NCBI GenBank assembly: GCA_000004985.1
Contig: GG738882.1
DNA from: Naegleria gruberi
Taxonomy: Eukaryota
Direction: 5' to 3' (one strand)
DNA: 64,000 nt
Shown in pieces: positions 18,674-31,287 of the stretch (the stretch's first letter is position 1; every line of letters begins with the position of its first letter). The position numbers were made by a program, and so were the translations under genes. The notes beneath the pieces were generated by a model, which worked only from the letters and a program-made list of their open reading frames with translations, did no database searches and had not been told where the DNA came from.

Positions 18674-21516
18674 TTAGGCAGTGGTTGTTGTGTTGAATAA
18701 ATTTGTACCAGTGTAATTGAGATAGAGAGGACCAACAACAAGAGTGATGGTGGCTAATAATTTACAAAGAACGTGAATACTTGGACCAGTTGTGTCTTTG
18801 AAAGGATCTCCAATAGTATCACCAATAACAGCTGCTTTGTGAATGGCAGATCCTTTACCTCCGAGAACCTTGTCCATTTCAGTCAACTTCTTAGCATTAT
18901 CCCAAGCTCCACCAGCATTATTGAAGAAGAGAGCCATTAAGATACAAGTAATAGTAGCAACCATCAAGAAACCAGCACTAACTTCTGCTCCTAGATTTGG
19001 TTGCCCCACAGCAGCACCAACACCCTTAAATATAAACCCAACCAAGACTGGAACTAAAACAGACAAAAGACCTGGGAAGATCATTTGTATGAGAGATGCA
19101 CGAGTAACAATGGCAACACATCTTTCATAGTTTGGCTTTTCTCTGAATTCGAGAATACCTGGCATTTCTTGGAATTGTTTTCTAACTTCTTCAATAACAG
19201 TTTGGGCTGTTGTACCAACAGCTCTCATTGTCAAAGAGCTGAAAACAAAGACTAAGCAAGCACCAATGAGACCTCCAACAAAGACTTCTGGAACTGCAAG
19301 ATTAACAACCTTAAAGCTAGTTCCAATGTATGCTTCAACAGTATCAAGGAAAGCAGAGAATAAAAGGAAAGCAGCAAGGGCAGCAGATCCAATAGCATAA
19401 CCCTTTGTAAGAGCCTTAGTAGTGTTACCGACAGCATCTAATCTGTCAGTAATCATTCTTACATTAGCTGGTAATTGGGACATTTCAGCAATACCACCTG
19501 CATTATCAACAATTGGTCCAAGAGTATCCATAGCTAAAATATAACTAGAAGAACTAAGCATACCAATGGTAGCGACAGCTGTACCAAATAATCCACCAAT
19601 TGGTAATCCATTTTCATCAGTAATTCCACTACTTTTGCCGAGGTAGTAAGATGAAAGAATAGCAACACAAATAACAAAAACAGGGGCACCAGTTGATTCT
19701 AAACCTACAGCAATACCTGAAATAATGTTAGTAGCAGGTCCACTCTTAGACGATTCAATAATTTCCTTCACAGGTCTCCAATTAAAGTCAGTATAATAAA
19801 TGGTGATAAAGACAAATGCAAAAGAGGTAAGAACACCAATCAATCCACAAAGCATAAACTTCCACCAAGCATTTGGATAAACATCAGATCTCAATAACCA
19901 ATATGAACAAACTACAAAGAGGCAAGTTGTGACCAGAACGCTGACATAAAAACCACGGTTGAGGGCCTTCATTGGATCATCAAGGAACTCTTGTCTGATA
20001 GATGATTCTTCATTTTCTTCATTTTCCATTAAGGTTGTTTCTGACAACTCAGTATTACGAATGAGAGAATAGCTATCGTCTCCAGCACTTCCCATCTCTG
20101 TGACATCTCTAACACGAACAAAGAACATTCCTACCCAAGTTCCAATCATACCACAAACGTGAACAACAAGTGGGAAAATAATATATGAAAGTGGGGTTGA
20201 AATTTGAGGGAATGCATTGGAAGTAAGGGTACCTGCTAAAATCATTACACCTATATTTTCAGCAGAAATACTTTCGAATAAATCAGAACCTCTTCCTGCA
20301 CAATCACCAACGTTATCTCCAACAAGATCAGCAATAACAGCAGGATTTCTAATGTCATCTTCTGGAATATTTTGTTCAACCTTTCCGACAAGATCAGCAC
20401 CAACATCTGCAGCCTTGGTAAAGATACCTCCTCCAAGTTGAGCAAATAATGCTGATAAGCTGCAACCAAAAGAAAATCCGACAATCATTCCAACAATTTG
20501 AGTAGGAGTAATCATTTCCTTTGGAATGGCAAGATATAAAATAGAGAAAAGTACAATAACTCCCAATACAGATAAAGAAACTACTAAAAATCCAACAAAA
20601 GCTCCAGATCTCATTGCAATATTTAAAGCTTCTCTGTAGCTTCTTGTAGCAGCATTGGTTACTCTCGAGTTTGCATTAACTGATACAAACATTCCAACAA
20701 ATCCAGATAATCCAGAAAATAAAACTCCAATCAAGAAACTAATAGTAACTATAGCAGCAATGGCTGCAATATGAATATCAGGGTCTGTAGAACTTTTTGA
20801 CCTTAATAAATAAAGACCAAATAATAAGAAAGCAACTGGGATAGTAATACCACCTATTGCCAAATATTGAGTTTTTAAGAATCCACTGGCTCCTTCCTTA
20901 ATAGGATCAGCTACAGCAATCATTGCACTAGTACCTCTATTTTTTCTCATCACATAAACAGCAATAAAGAAAGCTCCTACCATTGAAAGCAAACAAGAGA
21001 CAATCACAAATGAAATTTGTCCCCAAGCTTCACCGTAAACAGGTGCTGTAACAGTATATGAAAATGAAACTGCTGTTGTATCATTTGTATATTTAAGTTT
21101 GCTATTAAGAGATGCTGAAATTGAGCCAACACCTGGTGTGTTACCAGCTGTGAGGGAAGTAAATACTCTTCCATCGATTCCCGATTTTGCAATTGATGGG
21201 GAAAAGTATGGTTTCATCTTATAATTTGATTTTGGGGTTGCGTAAAAATACACAGTTACATTCGGAACAGGATTACCCAATTCACCAAGAACCTGAACAA
21301 CCAATGATTTGGAGTATTTTGTTGAGGCTTCGAGTGTAACAGCTTCCATTGGCTGCATCAACTTAATTTTATATGTTTGAGCAACTGTGATCATCATCCG
21401 AAGTTAAATATTAATAAGATAATTGTTATCAACCTACCGATCGATCCAATCATCGTTAAAAGAATCATACAGACCACAAACCATGATGGTCTTTCAGTGA
21501 TTCTTGTTCTGTGCAT
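18674..21516 (-). CDS. H+-translocating pyrophosphatase (V-PPase) with signal-peptide exon and N-terminal lumenal extension
   Basis: Exon 1 21438..21516 (MHRTRITERPSWFVVCMILLTMIGSI, donor G|GTAGGT), a 53-nt intron, then exon 2 18674..21384. CDS 2790 nt = 929 aa. Core V-PPase motifs GGGIFTKAADVGADLVGKVE, DNVGDCAGRGSD and KAAVIGDTIGDPFKDTTGPS. About 120 non-PPase residues sit between the signal peptide and the first PPase TM helix. Confidence 0.85.
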
Positions 21517-22089
21517 TTTTTTGTGTGATGAATTGTTTATGGTGTTTGTACGGTTATCATTTACGCTAATCTTTTCGTTTCCTTGGAATTGTTTGTGGAA
21601 AGTTTCTAATATTGGCCATTGTGGAAATTAATTTGATATCATTTGTGCAACAGAAAGGCCCAATGTTTTTTTTAAATATTAAACTCTGATCAAACCTGAC
21701 TTGTTATTAATCTTTTACAACTTTTTTCTTCATTTCAGATTGACCTTAATCAAGGTCAGCACAACAAGTAATAAGATTCAAAATAAATGTTGTTTAAAAA
21801 AGCAATTGAAATCCGTGTTCCAGGAATTAAATAGATGATGGTTGATATTCGGACAAACAGTAATAACCTCTCATCAAAAAACCAAGTTCAAGAATTACAA
21901 CATCTTATTGGATTGATGGAATAATCGTTACATTTGTTGACACTTATCGATAGAGAGATGAAGCGCGCAATTATTAATAAATAACCATGAGAAAGACTGT
22001 TGCTGTCTTGCAAGCGAACTGTAGTTTTACTCAAAGGCTATCCGTTACATAAATCCTTAAAAAAAAATTTAGCTCAAAGTACAACAGCA

Positions 22090-23538
22090 ATGCGGCCTTC
22101 CTCTGCATTGAATAAGACTTCATCAAGTAGTGTTCGTTTAACTCCGGTGAGAGAGAGGGATGGCAGACCCCTCACTACTAAGGCTCGTAAGTTGTCGATT
22201 ATTTTCATTATTAAAATGATCAACTTCATCATTTCTTTTTCCCCCATTAAATAGAGATGGAAGTACCCGGACCAGGAAATTATAATATAAAATCATCGAT
22301 TGGAGAAGGAACAAAAGTTTCCCTTCATGGAAGATATGGCGATGTGAGTAAGTATTTTCTTTTCAGCACAAAATTGAAAATATTTAATAGTTGAGAGAAG
22401 AGCAGGACCAGGACCTGGTTCTTATACAACCCGAGGAGACTTTGAGATGGATCAAAGCGTTCGATCAAGAAAAGGATTCAGTTTAAGTTCTAGACATAAG
22501 GAAATAGCCTCTGGTGCAAATCCAGTAGGTCCTGGTGCTTATACTTTACCTTCAGAGTTTGAACAATCACCAAGAAAGGGATTTTCAATTTCTGGAAGAA
22601 CATCATCTGCATCCAAAATCAATAATCCAGGACCAGGAAGCTACTTTAAGGAAAATAGTTTTCTAAATAATCAATCACCAAAGTATTCATTATCGGGAAG
22701 ACACTCCATTTCATCAGCAATTAATCCAGTAGTAGGACCAGGATCATACAAGTCAAAATCAGATTTTGAGATCTCTTCAAAGGGATTTTCAATTTCAGGA
22801 AGAACTAAATCAAACACAAAATCATTTGTTCCTGGGCCAGGTCAATATTCTCTAGGCACTGATTTCAATACAGAAGGAAAGAAGGGATTTTCTCTTTCCT
22901 ATCGTCATAAGGAATTATCCCCAACAAGTGTAGTACCTGGACCTGGTGCATATACTGTTCCTACATCATTTAATGGTTCACAAAGTGCAAGTTTTAAGGG
23001 AAGGACGAAAGAAATGAATGGCAAATTTGATAATCCAGGTCCTGGAGCTTATCAATCTAAATCCGATTTTGAACTAGGAAAGAAGGGATTCAGCCTTTCT
23101 GGAAGACATAGAGATAATTCACCAAATTCTTTTTCTCCTGGGCCAGGTGCTTATCAAAACAAATCAGATTTCGAATCTCATTATGGATCACCTAGATTTT
23201 CATTCTCTGGAAGACACAGAGATATGTCACCAAATAACACATCTGTTGGACCTGGAAGTTACAACTTGCCAACAGATTTCAATAATAGTCCAAAGAAAGG
23301 ATTTTCTCTGTCGTCTAGACACAGAGATTTATCCCCAACCAGTGTAGTACCTGGACCTGGAGCTTATCAAAACAAATCAGACTTTGAGGGGTCAATGAGA
23401 TCTCCAAAAGGTTATTCACTTTCAGGAAGAACGAGTCTAGCTAACAGGTCGATGGAAGGTGTTCCAGGACCTGGCCAATATTCTCTTGGAAGTACAATTG
23501 GAACATCACCAGCCCATGTATTTGGTACTGGAATTTAA
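22090..23538 (+). CDS. SHIPPO-repeat (sperm-tail PG-rich repeat, ODF3-like) flagellar-type protein
   Basis: Three exons 22090..22186, 22255..22347 and 22391..23538 (GTAAGT donors; introns 68 and 43 nt). CDS 1338 nt = 445 aa. About 14 tandem PGPG(A/S)Y...KGFS(L/I)SGR units. Confidence 0.8.
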
Positions 23539-23552
23539 CATGTATTATAAAT

Positions 23553-25494
23553 TTATTTTTGTAAAAGAGCATTAATCTCATTAATTTTCACTGGGAGAAG
23601 CGAGACCATTTGTTGTGCCAACTCGTACTCTGTTTTCGAATCGTCTAGAATAGTATTATTAGCCTTGAAGAATTTAACACAAAATTCATATTCTTTCAAA
23701 CTTTTTGCCATATACTCAATTGTCTTAGTTGGATCGGATGAAATATAATTATAGTACATTCTTGCAACAATTAAACGGGATCTAAAGTATGCTGGTTTGT
23801 TTTCATCTTCAATATTAACTTTGGAAGACTCTACAAATAATTCAGAAAACTTTCCAAATATTGTTATAGTTTTGGAAATACTTTCATTCGTTAAAATTAA
23901 ATAGCTCAAACATGGTACTTACATTGTGTTAATTTTCTTCATACTTGCTTCCTTATATTTGTCCTTCAACTTGTTCTTCAACAATAATAACTCAAAAATG
24001 GATACATAAGTTTCTCCCACTTCAAATGCAATTTGTTTAAGGATGGATCTATAATGAGCCACATTCAATTCATCAATATTTTTCTCCAACAAATCGAGAC
24101 GTCTTTCATGCATTCCACTTTTTGAAATTAAGCAAATAATTTGAGCATGTGATAAACTTACATTTTTCTATCGAGATTTTCTTCGAAAAATATTATCAAT
24201 TTGTAGAGAGAGCTGAGATCTTGTTGTAACTTAATATGATCGGTAACAAATCCGTCAATTACATAGTATTCCATTGATTTTTCAAAACACTTCTTTCCTT
24301 CTCTGAAAATTTCGAGAGCCTCACTAAAGTTTCTGCAAACATACGAGTCAGCTTCATTGTGTTCAATTGGAATGTTATTGAAATAGAATGTATCAAAATC
24401 GTGTCTCTTTTGAATAATTTCCTTCTTTCCATCTTCAGCAACTGCTAGGATACCCTCTGAAATTCTATTGCTTTCATTTAATTCAACCCACGATTTGCTA
24501 TAAATTAACTTGTCGAGACATAATTTTCCTTTGGCCATTGCTACCTTAGCAACAACTTCTTGTTCAATTGTTGAACCGGATGGATTTTGTAAGAGCACGT
24601 ACTCAGCTGCTTTTATAAAGTGAAGAGCAGTCTTATAATCCAAGGCATCTAAAAAGAATGCTGATAATTGTAAACAATTTTCAGCCCAGTCTATCTTGTT
24701 GAATTCAAGCCCACTATCCAATTGTCTTTGAAGAGTGAGATAGCAATATCTTGCTGCTAATTTTGGTTCAGTTGAAACTTGAGCAAGATAGTAGGCTGTT
24801 AATGTGAATGCTCCTTCCATATTCTTTGCAACTTGTTGATCTACTTCTTGTTCATTTTGTTTGAAGAATGAGTAAATATCCTCAGCCCTTTTTAAATATT
24901 CTCTGGCTTTCTCAAAATCATTTCTTTTCGACCAAATTGCACCCAAATAGTTGTATGATTCTGTCATATTATGGATATATTTTAGTTGGGTTGGAGTAGT
25001 GGTATCGGAAATCAAACATTCATGAATAGAAACCAATGAAGAAACTGGTTCGTTTGTAGTGCCAGTCTTTTTAGTTTCACAAACATTTCCTTTCGTATGA
25101 TCTCCTATACAATTAATAGCCTTAATTAAATGATTTTCAGCAGAAGAAACTTCATCTGTGTCATAACAAATTTTTGCTATATTCAACAATACTTTTCCAA
25201 ATAAACATTTTAATTTTTCATTTCCTACTAATTCTTTTGCCATTGCTTCCTATTCCAAGTTAATATATTTCTCCAAATCCCACTTACCAAATCATCTCTG
25301 GCCTTATACTTGTTAGAGTACGGCTGTTCCTCATCCTCTGGTTCTGTTTCCGCCAATTCAATAGCTTCAGCAATCCCTTTGTTGATTTTTTCAATTTGTT
25401 CATCATCGGAAGTGGTCTTGCTCATCATTGTATTGTTGCTGGTGTTTTGTGTTGCTGGATCGATGATAGTGGCTTCCTCTGGCAATAAACTCAT
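23553..25494 (-). CDS. kinesin-binding protein KIFBP (KBP/KIAA1279) homolog
   Basis: Four exons 25288..25494, 24162..25249, 23923..24117 and 23553..23880. Introns 38, 44 and 42 nt, all GTAAGT donors. CDS 1818 nt = 605 aa. Blocks matching human KIFBP: PYSNKYKARDDL, AYYLAQVS, LQRQLD, IDWAENCLQLSAFF, EYYVIDGFVTDHI, SLKEYEFCVKFF and QMVSLLPVKINE. Confidence 0.8.
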
Positions 25495-25713
25495 TTTTTT
25501 GTTGTTTTAAATTATTACTCACTTGTGATTACGAAATTGGCGCCAAAATTTCATTCCTCACAATACAAACAACAGAAAAATCATTTTTACTTGTAATTGA
25601 AGACTAATTTGATAATGAGAATTGTTTTCAGTGAAAGTTTACAATAATAAACTCTTCCCCATCACTTTTCAATGTTTGTGTTGACATTCGAATAGAAAAA
25701 CAAATCAAAAAAA
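25495..25713. promoter_or_regulatory. inferred bidirectional promoter region between KIFBP and the actin-related protein gene
   Basis: 219-bp intergenic segment between divergent start codons; no motif identified. Confidence 0.3.
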
Positions 25714-27281
25714 ATGAAACTTGGAGCACTCAACAGTCTTGTCAGAAACCAAAAGCTTCAACAGGCAGCAAAGAGTTTTAGACCACAAGAAGAATCAACT
25801 AGTCAAGAAAATTCCACACAAAGTTTACTCTTCGATATCGGAACCTTTAGTCTTCATGGTGGTTTATTGAATGGACAAGATCAAGTGGTACCACTTGTGA
25901 AAGATTTCCATTCATGGGTTTATAGATATGATCTTACACGTGGTTTTGCTAAAGGATTAGATGAAAACAAGTTATATTTTGGATTACAATCACATGAATC
26001 TGCTTCTTTCATTCCATATCCAATTGTTAAAAGTGGTGGATGGTTCAGTAATTTGAATGATTTTTCAAAATTGATTAAAGAAGTTGTTAGCAATGTTGAT
26101 GAAAAGTTTAAATCCAAGACTGAAAATTTACCATTCTTAATGACTGGTTATGAATATTTAAATGGACAAAATAAGGCATTGGCAAAGTTGACTCAAGTTG
26201 TTTTTGAAGAATTGAAAAGTTCTAAATTTGCATTCCAGGAACAAACTAAATGTGGTCTAGTTGCCTCAGGTTTGACAAATGGAACAGTTGTAAATATTGG
26301 TTTTGGAACTAATTATTCAATTACCTATGAAGATGGTTGTCCAAAATCTCACATTATTAATCATGGATTGAATGGAAATTACTTTTCAGACCTTTTTGTA
26401 AAGATGATGACAGATCGTGAACAATATGTTGACACACGTAGTGATAGAGCTCGTGTTGTAAAAGCTAAGGATGCAAATTCATTTATTTCTTTGAATTATG
26501 ATTCTGAAAATGTACCTCCAATTGATTATCAATTACCTGATGGAAAGATTATTCATTTGGAAAATGAAAGATACGAAGCTTATGAAAGGTATGTGTTTCA
26601 ATTGAATTGATTATTGAATTTTTAACTTTAAAAAGCTTATTCGAACCAACAAGAAACTTTATTAATCCATACAAACCACTTGAGGAATCATTCATTCCTC
26701 TTCCACAAATGATTCTCAAACACCAAACTACCAACAAATCAGTGTTAGAGAATATTCTATTGATGGGTGGAGTTTCGACATTGAACGGTTTAAGACAGAG
26801 ATTATTCATGGAATTGGATTTGCTTGCTAAGGATGACACTATCAATTGGAATATTATTCAAGCTCAAGATAAATATTTGGCTTATAAGGGTCTTTCAATG
26901 ATGGCTTCAATGAGCTCTTTTGAGAGTTGTTACATTACCAAGCAAGAATATGAAGAGAGTGGTGACTCTGTCTATGTGAGAAGATTCCCAAGAGTTATTT
27001 CAGTCGCTGATGAAGATGAGGAAGATTACAAGAGAACCACTGAGGAAAATACTGAGAGAGAAGAAAACTTCAAATCTCAAGAAGAACCAAAAGAAGAACA
27101 AAAAGCTGTTGAAAATACCAAGCCTTTAGTAGAACAAGAACAACCAAAGATTGAAAAGAAGGCTTCAACTGATTTTGACACTCAAATGGAACAACTCAAA
27201 AAGTTGAAAGAATTACTGGACTCGGGTATTCTTACTCAAGAAGAATTTGCCGAAAAGAAGAAGAAAGTTCTTGGATTATAA
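25714..27281 (+). CDS. divergent actin-related protein with acidic C-terminal extension ending in a SHOCT-like motif
   Basis: Exons 25714..26588 and 26636..27281 with a 47-nt intron (AG|GTATGT ... AAAAAG). CDS 1521 nt = 506 aa. Actin-fold blocks: LLFDIGTFSLHGG, VVNIGFGTNYSITYEDG, LPDGKIIHLENERYEAYE, ILLMGGVSTLNGLRQRL and ITKQEYEESGDSVYVRRF. An extra ~95-aa tail is acidic and ends MEQLKKLKELLDSGILTQEEFAEKKKKVLGL. Confidence 0.7.
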
Positions 27282-27314
27282 ATCTATCTACAAGAGTATA
27301 TTGTTTTTAATAAT

Positions 27315-28325
27315 TTACTTTTTCTTTTCAGCTTGTTCTTTAGCTTTTTCAATTAAAGGTAACAATTCTTTTTCTTCGGCCAAAATCTTCAATAAATTTA
27401 CAAGGAAAGGAACATAATTGTGTCTTCTTCTGGCATTTTCTTGCTTCCATTGGTTGTGTTTTTCTTCTTCCATTTGGAGGTTTGCTTGAACAAGACTAAT
27501 CTTTTCGAATGAGTTTGGTTCTTCTGTTTGGAGACGTACCAATTCTTGTTCGAGTTGTTGTTTCTTATTTCCAATAACAGCCATCAAATTGAATTTAATT
27601 TCATGTTCGGAATACTTTTGAATTCTATTTTGAATTTCAGGAATAATCTTTTCAACCCAATTTTCGTTTGAACATTCACCCAAAAGAATTGGACCACCCT
27701 TCAAACCATCTAATTCATATAAATTTCCTTTAAATGGCAAATATGCAATAAAGTGGAATACATCATCGTCTTTCTTTGGTTTCTTACTCTCCTCAATAAT
27801 GAATGGTTCTGGTCTAGCAAAAGCATTGTGTGCTTGTTTTATCAATTCACTACTTCCAATACTTTCTCCAATAACATCGGATGGAAGACCCAATGAAAAG
27901 GATTTAAATTGTGTAAGCTCATCTCCAAGTTCAACTTTGGCTTCATTTGTATCAATATTCATGAGAATGGACAAAATGGCTTGTGTTGCACAAGCATTTG
28001 TAACAATTTGTTGGGCATAAAACATTCCTTCTGGTGCTTGTTCAAGAATTGGTCTTTCATCTTTTTCCGACATCCACTTGAAAAGAAAGATTAAACCATA
28101 AATTGGTCTTTAGATGAAAAATCAAACAAAATAAATATTAAATATTGTGATCACACCATACTAAAATTAGGCTTGTTTCTCATCATCAACTTACTTTAAT
28201 TCCGAAAGAGTTTCATGATCTAAAGCCCAAAGTTCTTCAACTTGCACTCCTTTAACTCCAAACTTTTCGATCAATTCAGTGAATACGCCAGGATCAGATT
28301 CAATAGTTGTCCAGTTTGATGACAT
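27315..28325 (-). CDS. ubiquitin C-terminal hydrolase, UCH37/UCHL5 type (peptidase C12)
   Basis: Exons 28195..28325 and 27315..28107 with an 87-nt intron (AA|GTAAGT ... CTAAAG). CDS 924 nt = 307 aa. [19 protein letters not shown], catalytic-Cys region [37 protein letters not shown], and the UCH37-type C-terminal coiled extension. Confidence 0.85.
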
Positions 28326-28526
28326 TTTTTTTTGGAATTGCTCTAATAATAGATTCTTCTTTTTGTTCTTTAAAAGTATTATTTTTCTATTTTATTTAAT
28401 AGCAAATAAGAATATTACTCATTAAACAAAACACTGATTATTGTTTCAAATATTTAATATAAGTGGATTTTGTATAAAAATTGGGCGGAATAAAACGATA
28501 CAATCTAATTTTCAAATAATTAAAAA
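28326..28526. promoter_or_regulatory. inferred bidirectional promoter region between UCH37 and the dynein intermediate chain gene
   Basis: 201-bp intergenic segment between divergent start codons. Confidence 0.3.
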
Positions 28527-30513
28527 ATGTCTTCAAAAGGTGGAGGTGATGATATTAAATTGGAGATTGAACGAAGAAAAGAGGAAATAAGGAGGAAGAA
28601 GGAAGCTCTGGAGGCATACAAGAATAAGAAATCTGCCTCAGGACAAAAAGTGTCTTTCATTGAGGGATTAGTGCCTCCGAGATCAGCACAACCTCAACAA
28701 ACTCCAACAGAATTGGAAGATAAACAAGAGAAAATATCTACTGCTGTGGATGATTCTAAAATATCAAAACAATCTGTTGTGCCCTTAGTGGATACTAAAA
28801 AAGCAGCAGCAATACAAAGAGGCGAATTATTTGATATTACGAATAATGGAACGATAATTTCAGAAGTTGGAGGAGAGGTAAAACGAGTGAGGGAATTAAA
28901 ATTAATTTCGAGAGTTAATGTAATTGATCTACCTCCGATTGTAAGTTGTCGAATATAACAGAAAATTTGAATTGGAATAGTCGAAAATGATTTATGAAAA
29001 ATCGTCACAAACCGATAGGGAATTCGAGGAACAAACAGTTGCAAAAATAATTGAGGTAGGACCAAATACAAAACAAGGAATTAATGTGGACGACTTGATT
29101 GTCACTGACGATTCTGATTTTACAATACCAGCAGAATACCTTACTAGTATTGAGACAGTCAAGGAAGAGAAATTGGAACAAGAGGATATTGAAAAGAAGT
29201 ACAAAGAAATTTCATCGACTAAGGAATTCCAAGAATTCTTTTTCAAGGCTTCAAGATTTGTTGAAAAGTGTGTCAGACAGCCCTTTGATCCTTTGTTGGA
29301 TTATGCAGATGATTTCACCAACAGCTTCCAAGTTTCAAAATCTGAAAAAGTTAATTTGGAAACAACATTTTTCGATCAAAATATTTGCCAACAGAAAGCT
29401 GTCACTAGCTTATCGTGGTCCCCTAAATTTGAGGAGTTGTTCCTAGCAACATATTGCAGTAGTGATGTTTTGCACGAAAATGAAGGTTTGGTACTTGTTT
29501 GGAATCAACATTATGCAAGAAAACCTGAGCTTCATCTTCATTGTGAAACTCCAATTAGTACAGCTCAATTTTACTCATATAATCCAAGCTTGGTGATAGG
29601 AGGAACATACACTGGTCAGATAGTTGTTTGGGATATTAGAGAAAAAACCTCAGCTCCTGTTATTAGAACTGCCATTAGCTCAAGAAGCCATACTGAGCCA
29701 ATCTTTGGTATGGAAATTGTTGGAAGTTCTGAAGCAGGTCACAATCTTGTGACAATGAGTACTGATGGAAGAATTTGCACTTGGTCGATGAACAAGTTGG
29801 ACACACCACCAGAAGTTGTTGATCTAACCATAACTAAATACGAGCAGCAAGAAAATTCAACACCAACCAATCCAGTAGAATTGATTCAAGGATTAGAACG
29901 TAATTCAGTATATGCACCAACCTCAATTTTGTCCCAAGTAATGAAATTCCCAAAGGGAGAAATTAATAGATTCTATGTTGGTAGCGAGAATGGAATAATC
30001 TACTCTGCAGATAGGTTTGGAAGTAAGAAAGGACTCAATACTGACAAATATCAAGGTCACTTGGCTCCTATTACCTCACTTGATTCACATCCAACGATGG
30101 AATTCTCAGATTTGCTAATTTCATCGAGTATGGATTGGACTTGTAAATTGTGGTGTCAAAGAAAGCAAACATCCCTAATTTCATTTGATGAATTTGAAGA
30201 TTATGTGTACGATGTGAAATGGTCACCTCAAAATCCATCCTTATTTGCAGCAGTTGATGGAGCTGGTATTTTGAGTCTTTGGAATATTAATATTGATCAA
30301 GAAATGCCTATTTACAAAACATCTGTTTGTTCATCAGCATTGAATAAGTTAGAATGGTCAAGAGATGGCAAGAGATTAGTGACAGGATCACTATCTGGAA
30401 GTGTGTATATGTATAATATTGATGAAGAAATTGGAATACCTAAACAAAAGGAATTAGAAACTAAATTATTGGAATCTGTAATAGTTGATTTAGTGGCAGC
30501 TGATACTCTATAA
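28527..30513 (+). CDS. cytoplasmic dynein intermediate chain (WD40)
   Basis: Exons 28527..28940 and 28981..30513 with a 40-nt intron (ATT|GTAAGT ... GGAATAG). CDS 1947 nt = 648 aa. N-terminal coiled coil (KLEIERRKEEIRRKKEALEAYK); WD40 blocks LVLVWNQHYARKPELHLHC, VIGGTYTGQIVVWD and DWTCKLW. Confidence 0.8.
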
Positions 30514-30529
30514 ATTAATTATTTACAAT

Positions 30530-30844
30530 TTATTCTTCCTCTGGTTCTTGTTCTTCTTCAGTAGTTTGTTCCACATTTGTTGGTACAGAAATCTTTTTAA
30601 CAATACAGACATTTGTTGATTTATCTTGAGATGATTGAAGAAGATATTTTGTTGATTCACATTCAATTGTTACTATTGGTGAATTTCCTAATCTTTCAGC
30701 TCTTTTCAAAACTCCTCTGACAAAACCCGATGTCTTTTCACAATTATTTTCCAACGTTCCGAAGGCTTTAATACAAAATCCATTATTATCTACACAACAA
30801 TATCCTAAAACTTCTTCCTCTTGTGATGATCTAAATCCACACAA
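30530..30844 (-). CDS. roadblock/LC7-fold protein, LAMTOR5 (HBXIP)-like; 5' end unresolved
   Basis: 104-codon open frame. EEEVLGYCCVDNNGFCIKAFGTLENNCEKTSGFVRGVLKRAERLGNSPIVTIECESTKYLLQSS resembles the HBXIP pattern [26 protein letters not shown]...PVVCLESDNGNIMIQ. The ORF-track start is TTG with an in-frame TGA just upstream, so the real ATG is probably on an upstream exon I could not place. Confidence 0.4.
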   Translation of the reverse strand: MCGFRSSQEEEVLGYCCVDNNGFCIKAFGTLENNCEKTSGFVRGVLKRAERLGNSPIVTIECESTKYLLQSSQDKSTNVCIVKKISVPTNVEQTTEEEQEPEEE

Positions 30845-31287
30845 TAATTTTCCAATAAATCATAACGATTTTTATAATATTAAAAATCACCTCCACCTTT
30901 TCTATTATGCAATCATCACTTACATTTGCTGAGGCAATCGTTGCAATGATTCATCCATTTTTATTTATTTAATATTTGATTTTTTATTTCTTCTCAAAAA
31001 GATCCAATGTTCAAGTCGTTTATCGTACCATACACACTAAGGAAATCAATCTCTGCATTACAATTTGTTTGTTTTACTCAATTTCCGATAAGAGGACATT
31101 TGAAAATAGGTAGGGACCGCCACCTTCCTATCAAAACGGACATTTTCCTTGTTACTCAAAGTATCCACTCTTCTTAATTGACAAACATAAAAATCAAGAA
31201 AAAAATAGACAAAGAAGCACTCACGGTTGCACCTTTTGATTTTAAAAACCAACACACTTTTGTATCGGAATTGAATTAGGAAATAAT

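Noticed and set aside
18843-20484. Antisense and alternative-frame ORFs inside the V-PPase gene (18843..19130, 19252..19437, 20217..20441, 20251..20484). The same pattern recurs inside SMG1, the patatin gene and others.
   Set aside because: They sit entirely inside strongly supported genes on the opposite strand or in another frame, and have low-complexity composition typical of AT-rich antisense frames. Treated as ORF-caller artefacts.
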